A stretch of 64,000 bases of DNA from Candidatus Omnitrophota bacterium (GTDB taxonomy: Bacteria; Omnitrophota; Gorgyraeia; Gygaellales; Profunditerraquicolaceae), in assembly GCA_030650425.1 (NCBI GenBank), contig JAUSED010000002.1, positions 2,388 to 66,387 on the forward strand, in the 5' to 3' direction. A program made the translations under genes and the position numbers. The stretch's first letter is position 1, and each line of letters starts with the position of its first letter. Below the pieces are notes generated by a model. It saw only the letters and a list, made by a program, of their open reading frames with translations. It did no database searches and was not told the origin of the DNA. This document shows positions 36,927 through 45,571 of this stretch, in pieces.

Positions 36927-37878
36927 CGGTCTTTTTGAAGAGGTCCAAGAACCTGTCTTCGTATTCCTTATAGACGTTCCACTTATCCAATTCAACCTTT
37001 AACTCGCGGGCTTTCGATATATCCGTTTTTGCCTGAGTGAAAAACTGCTCGATCCTATCCTTAACCGAAACAGGGAGTTTAGTAAGTTGGTTCAAAGATT
37101 TTTTTATTTTCTCTATATCGTCTTCTCCAATCGGCCCGGCGCTAGCCCCCCCAAGCTTCAGATAATCCAGAAGCTTATTAATCTCTTCTTCCATCGTGTG
37201 CGCTTGAGTGTCGAGGCCGGATAAATCGATTTTAATCCCGGTAATCATAGCTAAGGCATTTAAAACAGCGGCGGAGGCTTTAGGATTTTCAATCTGGATG
37301 GTATAAAGCGGTATCTCACCTAAAAGGCAAAGTCCGCTCAATCCTTCTCTTTTGGCTATCCCCAAGAAAAGGCCGTTCATCCCGCTGATCTGGCCGTCAT
37401 TTAAACTATTGAGCTTTAATTTCTTAAGGTTATTACTGAGCTCTTCGGAAGTAGCAGCGAACCAAATTCCGGAATTCTGCGTGTGGTCAATGGTCTGAGG
37501 CATAGAAGCAAAACTGATCACCTTATCCGCCTTGAAACTCTTGGCAACTTGAATAATGATTTTGGAGTAACTTTCAGCCCGCGCTAAATCCGGTTGGGCG
37601 TTGCTGAGAAAGATAATCAGGTCATTCTTACCTTCTTTGTTCTTCCAGAAATAAAATTTACTCTCTGGAAGTTCTGAAGTACTCAATAATCCTTTTTTGA
37701 CCACACTCCCGGATAAGTAGAAGAACCCTTCGGGCTGTATGGAAGCAAATTCTTGGGCATTTAACTTCTCGACCAGATAAGAGGCGGCTTTAAAAGCTAC
37801 CTCCCCCATTCCCGGCCAGGCAACAACTAGATACGGTTTTTTTAAACGCGGACTTTTAGTAATTTTAATCCCTTCCAT
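36910..37878 (-). CDS. PAC2 (proteasome assembly chaperone) family protein
   Basis: AWPGMGEVA, ISGMNGL, CLLGEIP..NPKAS. Confidence 0.8.
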   Translation of the reverse strand: MEGIKITKSPRLKKPYLVVAWPGMGEVAFKAASYLVEKLNAQEFASIQPEGFFYLSGSVVKKGLLSTSELPESKFYFWKNKEGKNDLIIFLSNAQPDLARAESYSKIIIQVAKSFKADKVISFASMPQTIDHTQNSGIWFAATSEELSNNLKKLKLNSLNDGQISGMNGLFLGIAKREGLSGLCLLGEIPLYTIQIENPKASAAVLNALAMITGIKIDLSGLDTQAHTMEEEINKLLDYLKLGGASAGPIGEDDIEKIKKSLNQLTKLPVSVKDRIEQFFTQAKTDISKARELKVELDKWNVYKEYEDRFLDLFKKTGGKNN

Positions 37879-37906
37879 GATCATTGCTCCTTTATGCAAA
37901 AGATTG

Positions 37907-39031
37907 TTAAAATTGATAATTTACCAGAAAATTCTCCAAAACTTGAGCGCCTTTATACAAATTATCGATCTCTGCATACTCGTCGGAAATATGCGCGCAG
38001 CCGCTTGAGCCAAATCCTGAGGCAATCGCCGGAATATGCTTATCTTGAAAAAACGTAATCACGGTCGCGCCTTCCGAACCACACACGCGCGGCCTTACTC
38101 CGAAAACCCGCATTGCTTTTTTTAAAGAGCTGACTAAAGGGTGTTTTTCAGAGATGGTGTAAGCCTGCTGAATCCCCTGGATCTCTATTTTATACTTTTT
38201 GGCGCGTTTATTTAGGGCCGTTTTAAGCGCCTTCAACACATCTCCGGGTTTTGTCCCGGGTAAAAAACGAAAATCCAGTTCAAATTCGCACCAATCAGCC
38301 ACCACATTTACCTTATCCCCTCCTTTGATCGTTCCAACATTGACCGTAGGAGGTTTAAGATATTTATTTTGAGAGTAGGGAAATTTATATTCCTTGATCT
38401 CTTTGATCACTGACGAAGCCAGCTCAATGGCATTCACACCCAGATAAGGATAAGCGCCATGCGCTCGCTTACCCGCGATCTTAACCTTAAGATGTATAAG
38501 CCCCTTCTGTGTTACAACAATCTGGAAATCGTCGGCGTCTAAAACCAAGGCTGCGTCCGGTTTGATTATCTTTTTATCCAAGAGCGGAATTAAACCTAAA
38601 TCCGAACCGCACTCTTCATCCGCGGTGGCAGCAAGAATAAGGTTATAGCCCAAGTACTTTTTATCTTCGATGAGGCTGTTGACTGCCTCTATGGCGCAGG
38701 CGAGATTACCTTTGCAATCCGTCGCGCCTAAACCATAAATTTTATTCCCGCTAATTTTTGCCGCGAAAGGGCTAACCTTCCAGTTCTTCCCGGCGCAGAC
38801 AGTATCCAAATGCGGAGTAATCAATAATGAGCGTTGATTACCCGGCCTTTCTAAATAAGCGATCAGATTAGAACGCTTCTTTCTGAATTCATAGATACTT
38901 ACCCGCAGCCCTAATTTCTGAAGATATCCTCGCGCAAAATTAGCCAAGGCTGATTCATCGCCAGGCGGATTTTCGGAATTTATCTGGATTAGCTTACGGG
39001 TAAGCTTGATAAGGCGGACTTTATTAATCAT
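37907..39031 (-). CDS. M20 metallopeptidase (ArgE/DapE family)
   Basis: HLDTV, GATDCKG, DEE, HG, GG..VNVV, AHISDE. Confidence 0.9.
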   Translation of the reverse strand: MINKVRLIKLTRKLIQINSENPPGDESALANFARGYLQKLGLRVSIYEFRKKRSNLIAYLERPGNQRSLLITPHLDTVCAGKNWKVSPFAAKISGNKIYGLGATDCKGNLACAIEAVNSLIEDKKYLGYNLILAATADEECGSDLGLIPLLDKKIIKPDAALVLDADDFQIVVTQKGLIHLKVKIAGKRAHGAYPYLGVNAIELASSVIKEIKEYKFPYSQNKYLKPPTVNVGTIKGGDKVNVVADWCEFELDFRFLPGTKPGDVLKALKTALNKRAKKYKIEIQGIQQAYTISEKHPLVSSLKKAMRVFGVRPRVCGSEGATVITFFQDKHIPAIASGFGSSGCAHISDEYAEIDNLYKGAQVLENFLVNYQF

Positions 39032-39063
39032 CTCAATTTACTTGCCTATATTATAGCAGAATC

Positions 39064-39702
39064 TCAGGAAAAATCCAGCGGACAGCTGGAACATTTGGGT
39101 TTTGACTTAAGGCAAAAATTTTTTCCTAATGCCACTAAGAGCGCGTGGTATTCGTTAAATAGTTTCGCGTCATTTTCTAAATTAAGCATGAATAATGCTT
39201 GGGCTTGGCCATAAGCAGCGTCATTGCTTAACAGCTTGTGCCGCGAGAATATTCTTTTAGTATAGGCGTCGATCACAAAAACAGGCTTGTTTAAGGCGTA
39301 AAGCAATATCGAATCGGCTGTTTCCGGCCCGATCCCTTTTACCAAAAGGAGCTCTTGGCGTAAAGTATTCAATTTAGGTTTGGAAAATTTTTTTACATTT
39401 CCTTCATAATTATGAATAAAGAACCTGAGAAATGCTTTTAAGCGCTTAGTTTTGATATTGTAGTAACCGGACGGACGAATAAGCCGGGCAAGCAAAGCAT
39501 CCGGCAAATTATAAAGTTTACGCGGCTCTAATACTTTATGCTTTTTTAAATTAGCTATCGCCTTTTCGACATTTTGCCAATTGGTGCTTTGAGTAAGTAT
39601 CGCTCCGACCATCACCTCAAAAGCTGAATCAGCCGGCCACCAAGCTTGCGCGCCGAAATGAGCATATAGCTTACGGTAGATTGCGTTTAATCTTTTTCTC
39701 AC
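39064..39702 (-). CDS. Endonuclease III-like HhH-GPD glycosylase
   Basis: GAILTQ, KGIGPETAD, C-terminal 4Fe-4S-type Cys motif. Confidence 0.9.
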   Translation of the reverse strand: MRKRLNAIYRKLYAHFGAQAWWPADSAFEVMVGAILTQSTNWQNVEKAIANLKKHKVLEPRKLYNLPDALLARLIRPSGYYNIKTKRLKAFLRFFIHNYEGNVKKFSKPKLNTLRQELLLVKGIGPETADSILLYALNKPVFVIDAYTKRIFSRHKLLSNDAAYGQAQALFMLNLENDAKLFNEYHALLVALGKNFCLKSKPKCSSCPLDFS

Positions 39703-40794
39703 TTAGCGCCGGAATTTATAATACACATTACAGGATCCTTCAGTAGTAACCATACATGGCCCGACAGGATTATCCGGCTGGCAGGCTTTAGCAAATAAGG
39801 GGCAATCCGATGGAAGAATCAGCCCTTTTAAAACATCGCCGCAGCGGCATTGTTTTATTGGTTTTATTACGACCTTATTACTACGAAGAGCAAAAACCCG
39901 GTTAGTATCGAATCTTGAATATGTATCTTTTAACTTCAGCCCGCTATCCGGTATAATCCCAAACCCGCGCCAATCTGAGTCCGTTCTCTCAAATACCCGG
40001 CTTATGGCTCTCTTTGCCCGCGGATTTCCCCCCGGAGTAACGATGCGCGTATACTGGTTAGCAACATAAGGTTTATTTAAGCTGATCTGTTCGAGGATAA
40101 TGCATATCCCTTCCAGAATATCTACAGGTTCAAATCCCGCGACGCAACAAGCTGTTTTATATTTTTTAGGGATAAACGCGTAATCTTTGGTTCCGATAAT
40201 CGCCGAGACATGCCCCGGGCAAAGAAACCCGTCGATTTTAAGCCTTTTATCCGCTAAGAGATATTTCATTGCCGGCGGGATTAATTTAAGCGCGGAAAAA
40301 AAAGAGAGGTTCTTTAACCTTTCTTTTTGACCGGCAAGTATACTTAAGGCAATCGTAGGAGCAGTGGTTTCAAAACCCACCGCTAAAAAAATTACTTTTT
40401 TATCCGGATTGGCGAGGGCGATAGTTACGGAATCTAAAGGAGAATAGATTACCCGTATATTGCCGAACTTAGTTTTCTCTTTTTCCAAAGATGAGAAGGT
40501 TCCGGGTATGCGCAGCATATCGCCGAAAGTAACGATAAGCGCGTCTTTATCCTTAGCCAATTCAATGGCGCTATCAATGTACCCTTGAGAGCTCACGCAT
40601 ACCGGGCAGCCCGGCCCGGAGATCAACCTTATATTTTTGGGAAGCAGCTCCTTAAGCCCAAAGCGGCAAAAGTTTTGCGTGTGCGTGCCGCAGACCTCCA
40701 TTATATTGATATTATTTCCGGGGTTTAAATCCATAATCTTAGCGCTGATTTTTTCAACCAGCTTAGGATTACGGAATTCGTCAATGTATTTCAT
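39703..40794 (-). CDS. hypD: Hydrogenase maturation protein HypD
   Basis: MEVCGTHT, GPGCPVC, GFETT, PGHVS. Confidence 0.96.
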   Translation of the reverse strand: MKYIDEFRNPKLVEKISAKIMDLNPGNNINIMEVCGTHTQNFCRFGLKELLPKNIRLISGPGCPVCVSSQGYIDSAIELAKDKDALIVTFGDMLRIPGTFSSLEKEKTKFGNIRVIYSPLDSVTIALANPDKKVIFLAVGFETTAPTIALSILAGQKERLKNLSFFSALKLIPPAMKYLLADKRLKIDGFLCPGHVSAIIGTKDYAFIPKKYKTACCVAGFEPVDILEGICIILEQISLNKPYVANQYTRIVTPGGNPRAKRAISRVFERTDSDWRGFGIIPDSGLKLKDTYSRFDTNRVFALRSNKVVIKPIKQCRCGDVLKGLILPSDCPLFAKACQPDNPVGPCMVTTEGSCNVYYKFRR

Positions 40795-40990
40795 TGGCTA
40801 TCTTTAAGGTTTCTTTGGCTCTCTGCGGATCAACTTTTTCAATAGCAAAACCCGCATGAACCAATACATAATCCCCGATTTTTAGGTCGGGAAGCATCTG
40901 AATGTTGATCTTGCGTAAAAGCCTTCCGCACTCAACTTCGGCAAAATCATCGTTAATCTTTTTGACTTTCATCGGTATACCTAAACACAT
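40781..40990 (-). CDS. hypC: Hydrogenase chaperone HypC
   Basis: MCLGIP..GDYVLVHAGFAI. Confidence 0.95.
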   Translation of the reverse strand: MCLGIPMKVKKINDDFAEVECGRLLRKINIQMLPDLKIGDYVLVHAGFAIEKVDPQRAKETLKIANEIH

Positions 40991-40992
40991 CA

Positions 40993-42099
40993 TTAACCTC
41001 CATACCCCGCGATTACAGCCTGGCCTAAAGAAATACCCGCGTCATTGCAAGGCAAATATTGATGCGTAAAAACCTGAAAACCTTCTTTGTTTAATAAACC
41101 CGAGCTCATCTTGAGTAAAACTTTATTCTGAAAAACTCCTCCGGATAAAGCGATTTTATTTGTCCTATGTTCTTTTCTTAAAATCAGCGCTATTTTCACC
41201 ATCATTTCAGCTACGCCTTGATGGAAACGCCAAGCAATCTTTTCCCGAGATATCTTTAACTTTAAATCTTTGATAATTTGTTTAAGAATATTAGTCGGAT
41301 CTAAAATATACCCGCCTTTATCCTTCCTTATCACAGCAGGGGACACTTTCCTACGCGCGTTTACTATTTGTTGGAAAGTGTCCCCTGCTGTTGACGCCTC
41401 GGCTAATTTTTCCAGCTCAATTGCCAGCTCTGCTTCAAACGCCGCTTTCCTTTTACCCAAAACAAGGCTTCCTGCCGCGTCAAAAAGCCTGCCCATACTA
41501 CTGGCTAAAGGAGAATTGATCCCTGATTTATATATTTTATTTAAAATCTGTTTTTTATCTACGCTCTGATCAAAATTAAGCCAAGCTGCCAGCGTTCTCC
41601 ACGGTTCGAATATCGCCCGCTCTCCTCCAACCAGAGGAATTTCTTTTAAATGCGCTAAGCGCGAGAATTTTTGATAATCACAGAGCAAAACCTCTGCTCC
41701 CCAAATAGTATTATCCGTTCCTAAACCAGTCCCGTCAAAAGCCAAGCCGATTATTTTTTGGTTTTCCAGCCCATTTTCCGCCATGCAAGAAGCGATATGC
41801 GCATGGTGATGTTGAACATGTAGTATATAGTACTTAACAGGCAGGGATTCGCTAAATTTAGTTGACTGATACTCAGGGTGTAAATCGCAGGCGATAATCT
41901 TAGGATGTTTTTTAAGGAAATGTTTTGCGTCTTTCTCAAAAGCCGCTAAATCCTTAGGCCTGCTTAGGTCCGCATGCAGCGGGCTAAGATAAGCGCCATC
42001 CCCTCGCGCGAAACAAATAGTATTCTTGGCCTGGCCGCCTAAGGCCAAAACCGTATTCTTTAATTTAAAAGGCAGCCTAACTTCTAGTGTTTTCATCAA
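40993..42099 (-). CDS. hypF: HypF C-terminal (Kae1-like) domain only
   Basis: DLHPEYQST, VQHHHAH, DGTG, SSMGRLFDA, SGGVFQN, NDAGISLGQ; no acylphosphatase, Zn-finger or YrdC regions. Confidence 0.85.
   Translation of the reverse strand: MMKTLEVRLPFKLKNTVLALGGQAKNTICFARGDGAYLSPLHADLSRPKDLAAFEKDAKHFLKKHPKIIACDLHPEYQSTKFSESLPVKYYILHVQHHHAHIASCMAENGLENQKIIGLAFDGTGLGTDNTIWGAEVLLCDYQKFSRLAHLKEIPLVGGERAIFEPWRTLAAWLNFDQSVDKKQILNKIYKSGINSPLASSMGRLFDAAGSLVLGKRKAAFEAELAIELEKLAEASTAGDTFQQIVNARRKVSPAVIRKDKGGYILDPTNILKQIIKDLKLKISREKIAWRFHQGVAEMMVKIALILRKEHRTNKIALSGGVFQNKVLLKMSSGLLNKEGFQVFTHQYLPCNDAGISLGQAVIAGYGG
41333..41391. repeat. GGGGACACTTTCC hairpin element inside hypF
   Basis: 19-bp perfect arms, 21-nt loop. 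Confidence 0.92.
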
Positions 42100-42916
42100 T
42101 CAGCTCGATATGCAGGATATTGTCGACTCTAAACGAACGTTCTTGGCGCTTCAGGCAGCAGTAGCCGATTAAATAATCACGGCTATTCTCCCGCTTAATT
42201 TCCTTTGGAACAACCTGACGCTTAGTGACCTGCGCGCTGGAAGCGGAAATATATTCTATTTTGAGCTGGCCCTTTAAATTCATCGCCTCCTGAATCTGGG
42301 CAATCTTTTGGTTATTGATGTTTTCCAAAAGAACCGGATCAATACTGAATAAACCGACAAATTTATGGAAGTCGGATATGCCTTTAGCTTTAAGCATATC
42401 CTTTAACTTATAAAATACGGCTAAAGTAAGCTCAACATCCGAAAATGCGCGGTGTTGCTGTTGAATGGTTATCCCCAGCGCATCCGCCACAAACCAAAGC
42501 GCGTAGCGTCCTAATCCCGGCATCAGGCGCTTAGCCATCTTCAGCGCGTCGATAATTAAAATGTCTTTTAACGCGGGAAGCCCCAAAATTTTAAATTCAT
42601 TATTCAAGAATTCCAAATCAAAACCCGCGTTGTAGGAACAAAGGCAGCTTCCTTGAATAAAATCGATAAATTTAGGGATTACCTCTTCAGGCAGAGCCGC
42701 ATCTTTAAGCATTTCCGCGCTGATTTTATTCACCGCAAAGGCTGCTTCGGATACAGGCCTGCCCGGATTTACCAGCGCCTGAAACTCGGATATCTTTTCC
42801 AAACCTTTAAATTTTAAAGCCGCAAGCTCAACGATCCTGTCTCCCGAAGAAGGGTCAAGGCCGGTAGTTTCGGTGTCAAAAATTACAAATTCTATATCAT
42901 CGATATTTCTGTTCAT
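42077..42916 (-). CDS. DEDD 3'-5' exonuclease fused to a C-terminal WYL domain
   Basis: FDTETTG, YNAGFD, HRAFSD; IEY..TKRQVVP..YLIGYCCLKRQERSFRVDNI. Confidence 0.88.
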   Translation of the reverse strand: MNRNIDDIEFVIFDTETTGLDPSSGDRIVELAALKFKGLEKISEFQALVNPGRPVSEAAFAVNKISAEMLKDAALPEEVIPKFIDFIQGSCLCSYNAGFDLEFLNNEFKILGLPALKDILIIDALKMAKRLMPGLGRYALWFVADALGITIQQQHRAFSDVELTLAVFYKLKDMLKAKGISDFHKFVGLFSIDPVLLENINNQKIAQIQEAMNLKGQLKIEYISASSAQVTKRQVVPKEIKRENSRDYLIGYCCLKRQERSFRVDNILHIELIDENTRS

Positions 42917-42929
42917 ATTCTACATTCTC

Positions 42930-42960
42930 TGTAGGGACAGAACATTGTTCTGTCCCTACA
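42930..42960. repeat. GTAG-type REP-like palindrome
   Basis: TGTAGGGACAGAACA-T-TGTTCTGTCCCTACA. Confidence 0.85.
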
Positions 42961-42979
42961 CCATTTGGTGTATCCATGG

Positions 42980-43044
42980 GCAGTAGGGGACACTTTCCGT
43001 CAGGGCTATCAGGAACCTCTTGAAAGGAAAGTGTCCCCTACTGC
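42980..43044. repeat. GGGGACACTTTCC hairpin overlapping the stop of the DUF2156 gene
   Basis: 19-bp perfect arms, 27-nt loop. Confidence 0.9.
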
Positions 43045-43950
43045 GGATACCTCAGCCACTCTTCTTCGCGCAATATACGCCGGTACTAATCTCACCGGAT
43101 GATATGATAATTTTACTTTTTTTAAGTTTTCTAATCCGGAATCATCCATAATATTTATAAATTTGTAATTTTTGAGTTCTTGGGTAAAAGAGCGAAAGAT
43201 AAATTGCGCCAAGCCCTTGATCGATAAATCCGTGATTTCGTACAAAATACAAAATGTCTCCGGGTTCAGAGCGAAACCAAAGGTAAAACCTTTTATTTCT
43301 TTATTGATCCTGACTACTCCGCCCTGAAAGCCTAAAGTCGAATAATTTTCCAACGCTTCATTCAAAGAGATCCTGCTATCATCCAACATCCCCTGATAGA
43401 GATGATCAGGGCTTGCGGATTGGCGCTGGCCCTGCCAGAGATCATAGAGCTTAAGACAATCACCCTGATCACTTAAAGTAAACTTCGCATATCTAAAATC
43501 ATAATGCTTGATAAAATAATTGTAACTTGAGCGCTTGGATTTAAATTTGCTTCCTTTAAGCCGCGCTAAATCCGCGCGGCTACAAAGATAATCATAGGAT
43601 TTTAACTCGCAGCTAAGCCCTAAACCTTTATAAAAACTTAAGTCCTGCTCCTCAATATTTTCGATGTGGGCGAATTCCGGGTTTTTATTCAATCGATCCA
43701 GGATACTCAAGGCTTCACAAGCAACTTGCGGATTATTCGCCTTACTTAATGGAGAAAGATACAAGAAAGAACCAATTTTATCTTGAAAAAATACACAGAG
43801 GCTCTTTTCTATCTCCAGCCAACGGATATCGAAAAACTTTCTCCAGATGTAAATATTCGCGAAAGCATAAACCGATAATTCGTGCTTTTCTAGAGATAAA
43901 TATTTATCAAATAACTTTTTATCGCTGAGCTTTAATTTATTCAGGCGCAT
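43009..43950 (-). CDS. DUF2156 / aminoacyl-transferase-like (LPG synthase C-terminal-like) protein
   Basis: FANIYIW, DYL..LARLKGSKFKSKR, INIMDDSGLENLKKVKLSYHP. Confidence 0.82.
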   Translation of the reverse strand: MRLNKLKLSDKKLFDKYLSLEKHELSVYAFANIYIWRKFFDIRWLEIEKSLCVFFQDKIGSFLYLSPLSKANNPQVACEALSILDRLNKNPEFAHIENIEEQDLSFYKGLGLSCELKSYDYLCSRADLARLKGSKFKSKRSSYNYFIKHYDFRYAKFTLSDQGDCLKLYDLWQGQRQSASPDHLYQGMLDDSRISLNEALENYSTLGFQGGVVRINKEIKGFTFGFALNPETFCILYEITDLSIKGLAQFIFRSFTQELKNYKFINIMDDSGLENLKKVKLSYHPVRLVPAYIARRRVAEVSAVGDTFLSRGS

Positions 43951-44443
43951 CAGGAAGCTTAAGCTCGATCAGATCCAAAACATCTTCATAAGCTTGGATG
44001 ATTTGGGGATTATCCTTTAACATCTCCAGCTGTTTAGGAGAATTAAGATAGGCGGACAAATAATCAGCGTATTCCTTAAATTCTTTTTTGCGCATATTCT
44101 CTTTCACATAAGGACAATTTAAGTCAACAGTAAGCACCACTTTCTTATCGCGCAGATTGATCAGGAACGGATATAGCTGGCATTCAAATGGCCGCGTCTG
44201 GTAAATTTTACATTTATTGCTTCCGCACTCAAAAAAAGCGCAAACAAAGCCTTCACCTTTAGGGCTAGGAACAGGACGAATCTTTCTCTGCATATTGATA
44301 TACGCCGGAGGGATATCCTTGTCGATTAAATCCTGAACCTCTTCCTCCAATAAGCATGGCGTCCAAACCGAATCCATATCTTTGAACCTGCAGCAACCTT
44401 GGCATTGAAGACAGGCTTCCTGTGGAACAAATTGCTTGATCAT
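43937..44443 (-). CDS. YkgJ-family cysteine-cluster protein
   Basis: CLQCQGCC..CAFF..CKIYQTRPFECQLYPF. Confidence 0.88.
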   Translation of the reverse strand: MIKQFVPQEACLQCQGCCRFKDMDSVWTPCLLEEEVQDLIDKDIPPAYINMQRKIRPVPSPKGEGFVCAFFECGSNKCKIYQTRPFECQLYPFLINLRDKKVVLTVDLNCPYVKENMRKKEFKEYADYLSAYLNSPKQLEMLKDNPQIIQAYEDVLDLIELKLPDAPE

Positions 44444-44760
44444 TTAACAATACTCCCTAATTTTAAGGGCCTTTCCGGGCTAATGATCACTATCCCGGAT
44501 TCATCAGAACCGGCTAAAACCATTCCCTGACTTTCCACGCCTCTTAAAAGCGCCGGATCCAGATTATCCACTACCACTACATATTTCCCCAAAAGCGCTT
44601 CGCGGGTATAAAAACTCTTGATCCCGGCAACTACCTGCTTGGTTTTATCCCCCAAATCCAAGGTCAAAACCAGAAGCTTATCCGCGTTCGGATGTTCGCT
44701 AACTTCTTTAATTTGAGCAACTTTTAGTTCTAATTTCCTGAAATCTTCAATCGTAGCCAT
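44440..44760 (-). CDS. Stand-alone tRNA-binding protein (MetG C-terminal/Trbp111-like)
   Basis: IEDFRKLELKVA, HPNADKLL, RGVESQGMVLA. Confidence 0.9.
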   Translation of the reverse strand: MATIEDFRKLELKVAQIKEVSEHPNADKLLVLTLDLGDKTKQVVAGIKSFYTREALLGKYVVVVDNLDPALLRGVESQGMVLAGSDESGIVIISPERPLKLGSIVK

Positions 44761-44820
44761 CTATCCTCCTAAAGTTTTATAATTATATTAATTATACCAC
44801 AAAATTGGGTAAAAGAACTA

Positions 44821-44857
44821 AATAAAAACGCCGTAGTTGGATTTACGGCGTTTTATT
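44821..44857 (-). terminator. Intrinsic terminator after the tRNA pair
   Basis: AAAACGCCGTA-N8-TACGGCGTTTT. Confidence 0.75.
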
Positions 44858-44863
44858 CATTAA

Positions 44864-44939
44864 CGGGGTCGACGAGATTCGGACTCGCGATCTCCTCCGT
44901 GACAGGGAGGCGCTTTAAGCCAGGCTAAGCTACGACCCC
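44864..44939 (-). tRNA. tRNA-Asp(GTC)
   Basis: Cloverleaf; anticodon arm CCTCC-CTGTCAC-GGAGG; T-loop TCCGAAT; CCA not encoded. Confidence 0.93.
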
Positions 44940-45008
44940 ACAAGCATAAGGATGTAAATTTTAGCTTAAAAACAGCTAACTTGCAACAGGTTTTTCTGTA
45001 AATTTATA

Positions 45009-45082
45009 TGGGCGGTAGAGGAGTTGAACCCCTGACTTCGTGAATGTAAATCACGCGTTCTAACCAACTGAACTAACCGCCC
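45009..45082 (-). tRNA. tRNA-Val(TAC)
   Basis: Anticodon arm CGTGA-TTTACAT-TCACG; acceptor GGGCGGT/ACCGCCC. Confidence 0.95.
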
Positions 45083-45118
45083 AATTCATTATTCTATTTT
45101 AACTTAAATATTCAACTT

Positions 45119-45161
45119 TTGCAACCTTATGTACACCTCGTAGGTGTACATAAGGTTGCAA
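45119..45161. repeat. Perfect 20-bp inverted repeat (TGTACACC family)
   Basis: TTGCAACCTTATGTACACCT-CGT-AGGTGTACATAAGGTTGCAA. Confidence 0.85.
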
Positions 45162-45166
45162 GAAGA

Positions 45167-45568
45167 CTATAGGCGCTCGGTAATGCCTTTTAGGATTCGA
45201 TCCCCTGCTTCCTTATTACTTATAAGCGTACCTACGTGTACTTCAATACGCGACCGGTTTTCAGTAATCTTGTGGATATCGATACGAATTCTTTCCCCGG
45301 AAGCCTCCCTGCCCCTGATTTGAACCACGCTATGCCCGGAAGCAATCGTTTCTTTGCTCACTATTGTTAAATTACGGAACTGCAGATAGTCTTTAGCCGC
45401 TTTTGTCGTTTGCTCAAGCGGATGATTTACATATTGAACCAGCTTGCCTGAAAGCCAAACCGCTGTCCCGGCTCCTCCGGCAACACCACCTACGATTAAC
45501 GCGGCGCAGCCGCAAATATTTACCAGTAAGAAAACGGAAAAAATAGAGACGGCTATTTTTTTAAACAC
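45167..45568 (-). CDS. DUF3568-like lipoprotein
   Basis: Lipobox-like ICGC, GGVAGGAG, SRIEVHVG. Confidence 0.75.
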   Translation of the reverse strand: MFKKIAVSIFSVFLLVNICGCAALIVGGVAGGAGTAVWLSGKLVQYVNHPLEQTTKAAKDYLQFRNLTIVSKETIASGHSVVQIRGREASGERIRIDIHKITENRSRIEVHVGTLISNKEAGDRILKGITERL

Positions 45569-45571
45569 GCG

